Assembly: GCF_000010625.1 (NCBI RefSeq)
Contig: NC_010296.1
Coordinates: 3,990,001-4,022,000, forward strand
Length of the DNA: 32,000 nucleotides
DNA from: Microcystis aeruginosa NIES-843
GTDB lineage: Bacteria; Cyanobacteriota; Cyanobacteriia; Cyanobacteriales; Microcystaceae
Direction: 5' to 3'
How positions within the stretch are numbered: position 1 is the stretch's first letter; each line of letters starts with the position of its first letter. The translations under genes and the position numbers were made by a program. Below, piece by piece: positions 9,877 to 17,360 of the stretch. The notes beneath the pieces are model-generated. The model saw only the letters and a program-made list of their open reading frames with translations, was not told the DNA's origin and ran no database searches.

Positions 9877-10756
9877 TTAAATTTCATCCCATCCAGTTAA
9901 GCCAGAAGACATAACATAACTGGTAACGGTTGCTTCAAAAAAGTTAGCTTTGGTGTGGCCTTCTTTTTTGGTATCGGAGAAGCGTTCCAGATGATTATAG
10001 GGACTTTTGTTATACTTTTCTTCCCTGTATAAAGGCTCAAGTCCGATCGCTTTCAGTCGAATATTAGCGAGGTATTTGGTGTACTGTTCGGTACTGTATT
10101 CGGTAATACCTAAAATGTCGTTGCCAACAATGTGATTTGTCCAGCGACATTCGTGTTTAACGGCCGTATCGAACATCTCATAAATCTGTTCAACGGAATG
10201 GGAAAAAGTTGCCATGGCTTCGGGAATAAGTTTCTGATACAAACGGACGTGACTTAATTCGTCCCGGTTGATCATTTTGAAAACGTCAGCACTACCGGAC
10301 ATTAGCTGTCGAGAAGCGAGATTATAGAAAAAGATAAAGCCGTTGTAAAAATACAAACTCTCTAGCAAATAATCGGCGACAAGGGCGATAAAATAGCTTT
10401 CAGTAGTTTGTTTATCGATGTATTGCTGGTAGAGACTAGCGATAAATTGACAGCGATCCTTGAGAACTTTATCGGTGCGCCAAAAGTCATAAACTTCGCC
10501 TCGGCGCTCGGAGGGAATAATGGTTTCAATTAAGTATTGATAACTTTGATTGTGCATGGCTTCTTGGGAAATTTGTTCCGCCATACAAAGACTAATTTCT
10601 GGCGCAGTGACGCTACCTTTTAGGTGGGGAATATTACAGGTTTGTACGGAATCAAGAAAAGTTAGATAGGACAAAATACCATCATAAGCATATCTTTCTT
10701 CATCGGTAAGATGCCCGTATTCAGTCACGTCTTGAGTGATATCTAAGCGTTGTGGT
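9877..10756 (-). CDS. nrdB: Ribonucleotide reductase class Ia beta subunit, exon 2
   Basis: ...PQRLDITQDVTEYGHLTDEERYAYDGILSYLTFLDSVQ...EAMHNQSYQY...NRDELSHV...TSYVMSSGLTGWDEI carries typical R2 ferritin-like iron-ligand blocks. Joined to exon 1 it gives 1068 nt, or 355 aa, in frame. Confidence 0.85.
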
Positions 10757-11553
10757 CATTTATGTTCAATTAGGTTCGCTACCCCTAACCCGCTTTATTC
10801 AAGCTGCCATCTGTCACCAAATGGATCGGACTATATCATCATCCTTTGCTTATGCAAAGGAGTCCCCCGCTTCGACAGTCAATCGCTTACTGCCTACTTT
10901 ACTTAGTCAGATATGATCTGCTGTTCATTAGTCTCTACACCTTCTGCTTTTTTTCTAGCAGCTTGGCACGGTATTGTCTGTGGTGCAAAATCCTGTGACA
11001 GTTGGAACACAAGAGAATACACTTATCTAATTCCTTGAACACCTTTTCTTTCTTCAACATCAACATATCTGATGGGGTATATTCCTTCTCAGAGGGTTCG
11101 ATGTGATGAAAATCAAAGGCCGCAATAGTGTCTTCCGTTGCAGCAAATCCACATTCGGAACAGTACCCTCCTTTATAGAGGCAAAACTCAAGTTTTTTTT
11201 GGTTTTTAAACTGAGCATCTCTGTACTTCTGAGAATACTGTTTACTGTAAGTGGATCTTTTTTCTTTATTTCGCTCAATGTAGGCTTTTATTTTTGCGTT
11301 TCCTTCGCTTGATGCGTAATACTGTCGCTTGTATTCACAAGTACAGCTTTTACACCTTGCTACTGTCCCGCTTTTTAGCCTTTTATCTTTGTGAAATTCA
11401 GAAATCGGTTTTGTGGTATGACACTTAGCGCAAGTCTTGCTTTCCATTTGTTTTGTTGTGCGATACATATTACGCACTATAACAAATTTTCTTGCAAGAT
11501 AGATCACAGAGTTTCACCGTTTTCAGGGGATTTAGTCTGGACTACCTTATTTA
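10757..11553 (-). ncRNA. Group I intron interrupting nrdB (797 nt, ORF-containing)
   Basis: The exon ends CUGGAU, and an internal guide GUCCAG lies 11 nt into the intron. This gives a 6-bp P1 with U.G at the splice site. The adjacent GGU can pair with the 3'-exon ACC (P10). An R-like element GAGACUAAUG and an S-like element GAUAUAGUCCG provide the GACUA/UAGUC P7 pair. The intron ends in G, and the splice restores NFWI-PQRLDITQD. Boundaries are inferred, not demonstrated. Confidence 0.75.
10935..11468 (-). CDS. Intron-encoded HNH-family homing endonuclease (Zn-knuckle N-terminal region)
   Basis: The C-terminal FDFHHIEPSEK...LDKCILLCSNCHRILHH is an HNH motif. Upstream are CxxC pairs (CAKCH...CKSCTC, CSECG). 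The ORF lies wholly inside the intron and its stop overlaps the R element. The start is ambiguous: ATG at 11468 or 11447, while the track uses GTG at 11507. Confidence 0.8.
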   Translation of the reverse strand: MYRTTKQMESKTCAKCHTTKPISEFHKDKRLKSGTVARCKSCTCEYKRQYYASSEGNAKIKAYIERNKEKRSTYSKQYSQKYRDAQFKNQKKLEFCLYKGGYCSECGFAATEDTIAAFDFHHIEPSEKEYTPSDMLMLKKEKVFKELDKCILLCSNCHRILHHRQYRAKLLEKKQKV

Positions 11554-11741
11554 ATCCAGAAATTTTCGCGCATTTGTTGATATAAACCCACCGCCCAGGT
11601 GTAGCGGACATCGTTTAACTGCATCAGGTTGGTGGTGTTACCAAACCAGATCGAACGGTTTTCGATCGCATCATCTCCCGCTGGATTGAAGATCGGGGAA
11701 ATGGGCATCGAATGGCAAGAATTAACTAAATGTAAGGACAT
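11554..11741 (-). CDS. nrdB: Ribonucleotide reductase class Ia beta subunit, exon 1
   Basis: MSLHLVNSCHSMPISPIFNPAGDDAIENRSIWFGNTTNLMQLNDVRYTWAVGLYQQMRENFWI is an R2 N-terminal region ending in the conserved NFW block. The track ORF terminates 2 codons into the intron. Confidence 0.85.
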
Positions 11742-11794
11742 GATTACTTGGATATTATGGCACTTTTAGGTTATAGTAGGTTTTCGGTAAAAAG

Positions 11795-12247
11795 TCAAAT
11801 GTTTTGATTTTGATTAGGAATAAATGCAAAATCTAGGGCTTCTGCCAAAGTAAATGGGCAATCCTTCGGGAATTTCTCTAGGTTTATCCCTGTTTCAATA
11901 GCGGCTTTTTTTCTGGCCTTATTATAGCATTTTTTTAAATTGTCTTCTGTTAAAAAACTCTTAAGACTAGGGCTATTTTCTAAATCTTCTTCGATTCTTT
12001 CTCGCTGCTCAAAAAGGGTTAATGCCCAGCTTCTGGTTTGTTTTTCTGGCTCTTGTAAGTATTTTAGTAAATGCCATAAAATCACGATCAGATTGCTTTT
12101 AAGGGCTTTCTGTTGACTGATAGACATAGATTTTATTTCGTCAATTAAATTCTCTAAATCTAAATCAGAAAATTGATGATTTTCTAGTAAATATATGGTT
12201 TTCTCTAGCCAGAGATAGTAGTCCTTTTCGTATAATTTCTTTTCCAT
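11795..12247 (-). CDS. DUF29 family protein, copy 5 (most divergent)
   Basis: MEKKLYEKDYYLWLEKTIYLLENHQFSDLDLENLIDEIKSM... The start was placed at the ATG that follows GGGGGTAATT (residue 5 of the track ORF). Confidence 0.85.
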   Translation of the reverse strand: MEKKLYEKDYYLWLEKTIYLLENHQFSDLDLENLIDEIKSMSISQQKALKSNLIVILWHLLKYLQEPEKQTRSWALTLFEQRERIEEDLENSPSLKSFLTEDNLKKCYNKARKKAAIETGINLEKFPKDCPFTLAEALDFAFIPNQNQNI

Positions 12248-12258
12248 AATTACCCCCA

Positions 12259-12711
12259 TTATTTTGATATTTCAGGAAACCAATCCTCATTTAAAGCCTG
12301 TTCTATAGTGCAAATTGGAGCTAAACCGACCAAATTTTCAGCCATTCCAGATAATTCGATCAAAGAAATACGAGCTTCTTGAAAAGAGTTGTTAAAAATT
12401 TCAATTAGATAAGGCTGTAGACTAGGACTATCGGCAATAATTCTTTTTATGGCACGACGGAAATTCCTAATTTCATTTTTCCATCCTCTTTGATTATATT
12501 CTAATTCCGATTCCCAGTAAGCTAGTTTCAGCAAATGTTCTAATAACCGAGTTAAATAACTTTCTAAACTTCGTTTCTCACTTTTACCCATGCTACTAAT
12601 TTCGTCAATTAAATTCTCTAAATCTAAATCAGAAAACCGATGATTTTCTAGTAAAGATATGGTTTTTTCTAACCAGAGATAGTAGTCTTTTTCGTATAAG
12701 TTCTTTTCCAT
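12259..12711 (-). CDS. DUF29 family protein, copy 4
   Basis: MEKNLYEKDYYLWLEKTISLLENHRFSDLDLENLIDEISSMGKSEKRSLESYLTRLLEHLLKLAYWESE... The last 31 aa are identical to copy 3. Confidence 0.87.
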   Translation of the reverse strand: MEKNLYEKDYYLWLEKTISLLENHRFSDLDLENLIDEISSMGKSEKRSLESYLTRLLEHLLKLAYWESELEYNQRGWKNEIRNFRRAIKRIIADSPSLQPYLIEIFNNSFQEARISLIELSGMAENLVGLAPICTIEQALNEDWFPEISK

Positions 12712-12723
12712 AATTATCCCCCA

Positions 12724-13176
12724 TTATTTTGATATTTCAGGAAACCAATCCTCATTTAAAGCCTGTTCTATAGTGCAAATTGGAGCTAAACCGACCAAAT
12801 TTTCAGCCATTCCAGATAAATCCAGAAACAATTTACGGGCATTTTGATAACAGGACGAGAAAATTTCCGATAGATAGGGCTTTAAACTGGGACTGTCTTC
12901 AATAATTTGTTGAATTCCTAGGCGAAAGTTACGAATTTCATTTTTCCATCCTCTTTGATTATATTCTAATTCCGACTGCCAGTAAACCAGTTTTAGCAAA
13001 TGTTCTAATAACCGAGTCAAATAACTCTTTAAACTTTGTCGTTGGCTTTTGCCCATGTCGCTAATCTCCTCGATGAGATTATCCAAATCTAAATCGGAAA
13101 ATTGATGATTTTCTAGTAAAGATATGGTTTTCTCTATCCAGAGATAATAATCTTTTTCGTATAAATCACTCTTCAT
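12724..13176 (-). CDS. DUF29 family protein, copy 3
   Basis: MKSDLYEKDYYLWIEKTISLLENHQFSDLDLDNLIEEISDMGKSQRQSLKSYLTRLLEHLLKLVYWQSE... Confidence 0.87.
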   Translation of the reverse strand: MKSDLYEKDYYLWIEKTISLLENHQFSDLDLDNLIEEISDMGKSQRQSLKSYLTRLLEHLLKLVYWQSELEYNQRGWKNEIRNFRLGIQQIIEDSPSLKPYLSEIFSSCYQNARKLFLDLSGMAENLVGLAPICTIEQALNEDWFPEISK

Positions 13177-13179
13177 TGC

Positions 13180-13656
13180 TTAATCCTCTCCGAGAAACTC
13201 AGGAAACCAATTTTCATCTAAAATTTGGTCGATTGCTCCCATAGGTGTAGCACTTAAAAGTCTTTTATCGATGCCATAACCTTCGACAAATAGATGGCAA
13301 GCATCCTCATAACATTGCTCAAGAATCTCGGTGAGGTAAGATGCTAAGTTTGTATTATAAGTTCCATCCTTTTTGTTGCTAATAATTCTTTTTATTTGAA
13401 TGCGAAAATTTAAAATCTCACGTCGCCACTTGTTTTTATTGTAATCGCGCTTAGATTGCCAATAAGTTAATTTAAGTAAATGTTCCAAGAGTTTAGTTAG
13501 TAAACTCTCTAACTTCTGACGTTCTCTTCTGGACATATCTTTGATTTCTTCAATTAAATTTTCTAAATCCAACTCAGAAAACTGGCGATTTTCTAGTAAA
13601 GATATGGTTTTCTCTAACCAAAGATAGTAATCCTGTTCGTATAAGTTCGTTTCCAT
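13180..13656 (-). CDS. DUF29 family protein, copy 2
   Basis: METNLYEQDYYLWLEKTISLLENRQFSELDLENLIEEIKDMSRRERQKLESLLTKLLEHLLKLTYWQSK... Confidence 0.87.
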   Translation of the reverse strand: METNLYEQDYYLWLEKTISLLENRQFSELDLENLIEEIKDMSRRERQKLESLLTKLLEHLLKLTYWQSKRDYNKNKWRREILNFRIQIKRIISNKKDGTYNTNLASYLTEILEQCYEDACHLFVEGYGIDKRLLSATPMGAIDQILDENWFPEFLGED

Positions 13657-13694
13657 AGTCCCTCACCTTAATTAACTATAATCCAACCAAATCA

Positions 13695-14156
13695 TCAGTT
13701 ATTATTATCCTCATATTCAGGAAACCAATCATCATCCAAAGCTTGGGCAAGAGTGAGAATTTTTTCCCTGGGCAAAGTATTGATTTTTACTCCCATTTTT
13801 CTAGCTAGGATACGAAGGGCTGACTGATAACATTTATCAAAACTATTCTCTAGATAGGACTTTAAACTTGGATTATCATCAAGAACTTCCCATAAATCAA
13901 TTCTAAAAATAGTAATTTCTCCTTTCCAGTGATTAGCATTATATTGGCTTTCCGATTGCCAATAAGCGAGTTGCAGCAAATGTTGGATTATTCTAGTCAA
14001 TAAACTTGTTAAGGTATGTTTTTCCTTGATACCCATACTTTTAATCTCCTCGATGAGATTATCTAAATCTAAATCGGAAAATTGATGATTTTCTAGTAAA
14101 GATATGGTTTTCTCTATCCAGAGATAGTAATCCTGTTCGTATAAAGTCTTATCCAT
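13695..14156 (-). CDS. DUF29 family protein, copy 1
   Basis: MDKTLYEQDYYLWIEKTISLLENHQFSDLDLDNLIEEIKSMGIKEKHTLTSLLTRIIQHLLQLAYWQSE... The start was set at residue 28 of the track ORF by homology to the other copies. The track extension reads through the nrdA terminator palindrome. Confidence 0.85.
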   Translation of the reverse strand: MDKTLYEQDYYLWIEKTISLLENHQFSDLDLDNLIEEIKSMGIKEKHTLTSLLTRIIQHLLQLAYWQSESQYNANHWKGEITIFRIDLWEVLDDNPSLKSYLENSFDKCYQSALRILARKMGVKINTLPREKILTLAQALDDDWFPEYEDNNN

Positions 14157-14207
14157 AGCTGTGATTAGGTGATCAATAAAACTCATTTTATCAGTCCTAA
14201 TCTTTGA

Positions 14208-14238
14208 TGTAAAAAAATTAAGGTGGGCATTGCCCACC
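14208..14238 (-). terminator. Intrinsic terminator immediately after nrdA
   Basis: The minus strand reads GGUGGGCAAUGCCCACC (perfect palindrome at 14222-14238, 7-8 bp GC-rich stem), followed directly by UUAAUUUUUUUAC. It begins 10 nt after the nrdA stop. Confidence 0.75.
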
Positions 14239-14248
14239 GAAGTTAACC

Positions 14249-16561
14249 TTAATTAGCGCAACTAGAACAACTATCGTCAGACTCTCGAAAATTGTCCTTT
14301 TGTACGGTACGGATATAATAAATCGCTTTACACCCCAATTCCCAGGCCATAACTAGGGTATCAAAGATATCTTTGGCAGTGAGACAACGGTTGGGTTCTT
14401 CGGGGAAATAAACCCCTTCATTGAGGTTGAATAATAACTCCATAGAAATCCCCGTATCGATCCATTCTTGCATAGTAGCGATCGCTTTCACCACTTGCTG
14501 CTGTTCGAGATTTTTGTTCTCTGAATAAAACCAGAAAGCTTCTTCAATAAAAGGTGGTGCGATGGGAACGGTTCCCTTTGCCCATTTATCGTAGAAAAAG
14601 CGACTATAAACCGGCAAAACACTAGCGGTACATCCCTGTACCAAACTAGAGGAAGTATTAGGAGCAATGGCGGTAATATGGGAATTACGGATGCCAAATC
14701 GTTGAATATCTGTTGCTAATTGTTGCCATCTTTGCGGTTGCACCGCATTATTTAAAAACCATGCCACTGGTTTTGCTCCGATTAATTTACCTTGACTCCA
14801 TTCACTACCCAAGAAAGCTTGATAAGCACCGCGTTCTTTGGCTAATTCCATCGAGGAATAGGTACACCAATAGCCAATTTCTTCAAATAAATTACTAATT
14901 TCTGACAGGTTATTGTAGGATAATTTCCGTTTAGCTAACCAGTCAGCCAATCCCATCGCCCCTACCCCAATAGTGCGATATTTATCGTTGTGGTTTTTAG
15001 CATTATCAAAGGGAGGATTAGTGATATCGATAGTATTGTCGAGAATCCTGACAGCGATTTGACAATTAGACTCGATTTCTTCCCTGTCGATATTGGCTAA
15101 ATTAAGGCTAACTAAATTACAGCAATGGGCAGTTTTATCGGGGGTGACATTCGAGAAACTCTCCGTGCATAAATTTACACCGGGGATATAGCCATCGTGC
15201 TTATTAGGATTAGCGCGATTGATGGTATCTTTGAAGGCAATGTAGGGCATTCCTGTTTCTACTTGGGAACGCATGATACTTTTAAATAAGTCTCGGGCAT
15301 TGATTTTTTTATAGAGGAGAATCTCTTGATCTAAATTAGCTTCTACTAAACGATAGGCCTCTTCAAATTCTTCCCCCCATAGTTCCGCTAATTCTATACC
15401 TAATTTATTGCGAACTTCGTAGGGATCTACTAATGTCCACTCGGCTTTATTTATCACCCGACGCATGAATTCATCGGTGATAACTAATTGGGGAAAAACA
15501 TCATAAGCTTTACGTCTTTGATCACCGTTTTCTGTCTGCATTTCCAGAAATTCTGGCACATCTAAATGCCAGATGTCAACACCGATAGTTACTGCCCCGG
15601 CGCGTCTTCCCCCCTGATTTACTGCAATAGCTGTATCGTTGAGTAATTTAATCCAAGGAATAATCCCCCCGGAAGCATTAGCTTTCCCCATTACCCAGCT
15701 ACCAGTGGCGCGAATTCTACTCACATTCACCCCGACACCGCCACCATTTTTTGAGATGCGGGCAGCATTAGTAATCTCGTCGAAAATGCTTTCTAAACTG
15801 TCGTCAATGGAGAGGATAAAACAACTGGTTAAGGAACCTTTGGGAGTGCGTAAATTGGCTAAAATTGGGGTGGCGAGAGAGATTTTTCTTTGAGCAATCG
15901 CTTGATAAAATTTCTTCGCCCAGGGGAGTCTATTAGCTGGTTCTTCCACAGTGGCAAGCAGCAAGGAACAGGTTAATAATGCCTCTTGGGGTAACTCATT
16001 TTTGAGTAAATAACGGCTAGTGATTAACAATGCCCCTGCGTAATCATAATCGATGTCCCAATCGGAATTAATCCAAGAACCAGCTTCTTTTAATTCTGCC
16101 TCGGAATAGATGAGAATCCTTTCGTCGTATAGCAACTTTTTAACTTGAGTTTTGACAGTTTTCTCGTAATTTCCGTACTGATAACCCCGGGCTACTAAGG
16201 TATCTTTCCAAAGACTCCAAATATGCAATCTTCCCGCCACATAGCGCCAATCCGGTTCCTCTGGACTACACATTTCTAGAGCGCAATTAATTAAATTATC
16301 CTGTATTTCCCTAGTGGTAATCCCATCCCGCAGGCGTGTGGTTAAACCCGCTTCTAAGGCGATTGAATTGACTTTTTTGCCCTCACAAGCCCACTCTACC
16401 ACGTCGCGAATTTTGCCGATATTTAAGCTTGTGGTGGAACCATCGCGCCGAATCACTCTAATTCCATGGCTGCCCATATTAGCTAAAGGGGTAGAACGAA
16501 AGGGTATTACTTCGTTATTTTTGTGAATGGAAACGGCAGTAGTCAAGGGCTTCGATTGCAT
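14249..16561 (-). CDS. nrdA: Ribonucleotide reductase class Ia alpha subunit (with N-terminal ATP-cone)
   Basis: 770 aa. Contains an ATP-cone-like IRVIRRDGSTTSLNIGKIRDVV, the catalytic blocks LTSCFIL, NGGGVGVN, NLCTE and PNTSSS, and the C-terminal redox pair CSSC. Confidence 0.95.
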   Translation of the reverse strand: MQSKPLTTAVSIHKNNEVIPFRSTPLANMGSHGIRVIRRDGSTTSLNIGKIRDVVEWACEGKKVNSIALEAGLTTRLRDGITTREIQDNLINCALEMCSPEEPDWRYVAGRLHIWSLWKDTLVARGYQYGNYEKTVKTQVKKLLYDERILIYSEAELKEAGSWINSDWDIDYDYAGALLITSRYLLKNELPQEALLTCSLLLATVEEPANRLPWAKKFYQAIAQRKISLATPILANLRTPKGSLTSCFILSIDDSLESIFDEITNAARISKNGGGVGVNVSRIRATGSWVMGKANASGGIIPWIKLLNDTAIAVNQGGRRAGAVTIGVDIWHLDVPEFLEMQTENGDQRRKAYDVFPQLVITDEFMRRVINKAEWTLVDPYEVRNKLGIELAELWGEEFEEAYRLVEANLDQEILLYKKINARDLFKSIMRSQVETGMPYIAFKDTINRANPNKHDGYIPGVNLCTESFSNVTPDKTAHCCNLVSLNLANIDREEIESNCQIAVRILDNTIDITNPPFDNAKNHNDKYRTIGVGAMGLADWLAKRKLSYNNLSEISNLFEEIGYWCTYSSMELAKERGAYQAFLGSEWSQGKLIGAKPVAWFLNNAVQPQRWQQLATDIQRFGIRNSHITAIAPNTSSSLVQGCTASVLPVYSRFFYDKWAKGTVPIAPPFIEEAFWFYSENKNLEQQQVVKAIATMQEWIDTGISMELLFNLNEGVYFPEEPNRCLTAKDIFDTLVMAWELGCKAIYYIRTVQKDNFRESDDSCSSCAN

Positions 16562-16587
16562 AATTGGAAAATTGCGGCGTTAAAAAA

Positions 16588-16616
16588 CTTGACAAATTAA
16601 TCTATTTGTACTAGAA
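16588..16616 (+). promoter_or_regulatory. Near-consensus sigma70-type promoter (TTGACA-17 nt-TAGAAT) firing away from nrdA
   Basis: TTGACA at 16588-16593, a 17-nt spacer AATTAATCTATTTGTAC, and TAGAAT at 16611-16616. It sits 27 nt from the nrdA start codon but on the opposite strand. Confidence 0.5.
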
Positions 16617-17157
16617 TATTCTATCAGATTTTCTGGGAAAACACAACATCTAGCGTGTTAAATAATCCTATCACTCTATATATGGTATAGCCAGGATTAT
16701 TTTGTTCCCTAAAAACAGTCTTTTGGATGACATTTTCTGGAAAAAATTCTTGATTTTTCCCAGAAAACAGTTCTTTTGTATGCTTGACAAAAGAACTATT
16801 CTTTGATAGGAAAAACAGATTGACAAAATCCTTTTGATCCGATTCTGCTTGACTGCTGAGGAGGTTGTGGTCAGACTTTAGCTAATGGCTGATAGCTTAT
16901 GGGTATAGTTTTGTTCTTAAGTACCTAAGCAAAATTAATTACACATCTAAACCGTCAGCCTTTTGCTGTGATCAGTACACAGTAATCACTGCTCAGTGAA
17001 AAGATAGTAGGAAACTTCTATTTATACTAAATCCAGTTATTAAAAACTGATTATGTATTCCCCCTTTTGCCTTTTGCCTCTTGCATGAGTGCCTGTCCTG
17101 ATATGTAGCCTATGCTCAACGGATTTAGTATTAATACTGCACACTTAAAACTCAAAT

Positions 17158-17206
17158 CTGATAACTGATAGCTGTCTGCTGTCTGCTGTCTCCCGTCTCC
17201 TGTCTC
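17158..17206 (+). repeat. Heptamer tandem repeat, 7 units (CTGATAA CTGATAG CTGTCTG CTGTCTG CTGTCTC CCGTCTC CTGTCTC)
   Basis: Read directly. STRR-like 7-nt periodicity. Confidence 0.9.
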
Positions 17207-17262
17207 CTTTTGCACGACTACTTAACTTTTCGATAATTTAAGACAAGAGTGGATTAAAAGTC

Positions 17263-17305
17263 AAATTTCCTCTGAGAACCTCTGAGAGAGGAAATTTTCT
17301 CTTTT
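17263..17305 (+). terminator. Hairpin with an 11-bp stem followed by a T-rich tract; candidate terminator or attenuator upstream of the DUF3854 gene
   Basis: AAATTTCCTCT (17263-17273) and AGAGGAAATTT (17287-17297) are exact complements with a 13-nt loop, followed by TCTCTTTTCGC. The stem is AT-rich, so terminator strength is uncertain. Confidence 0.4.
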
Positions 17306-17344
17306 CGCTATTTAGTGGCTTACCGCTAGAATAATAGGACAAAA

Positions 17345-17360
17345 ACGCTATATATAGCGT
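17345..17360. promoter_or_regulatory. Perfect 16-bp palindrome ACGCTATATATAGCGT; candidate operator
   Basis: Exact inverted repeat 20 nt upstream of the ATG at 17381 and just downstream of a TAGAAT -10-like hexamer (17327-17332). Confidence 0.4.

Noticed and set aside
10757-11553. Intein or simple frameshift/pseudogene as the explanation for the nrdB interruption
   Set aside because: The insert is not in frame with the exons, since stop codons follow immediately. It has non-coding flanks with group I core-like elements and a P1 with U.G at the junction. Precise removal restores a normal-length R2. An intein would be an in-frame fusion with Cys/Ser...HN junctions.
11060-11585. ORFs 11060-11278 (minus), 11103-11312 (plus) and 11391-11585 (plus)
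   Set aside because: They overlap the HNH ORF or the intron 5' region in other frames or strands, and they have no motifs.
14157-14237. N-terminal 27-aa extension of DUF29 copy 1 in the ORF track (MGNAHLNFFTSKIRTDK...)
   Set aside because: It reads through the nrdA terminator palindrome and U-tract. The four paralogues all start at the M-x-x-x-LYE position.
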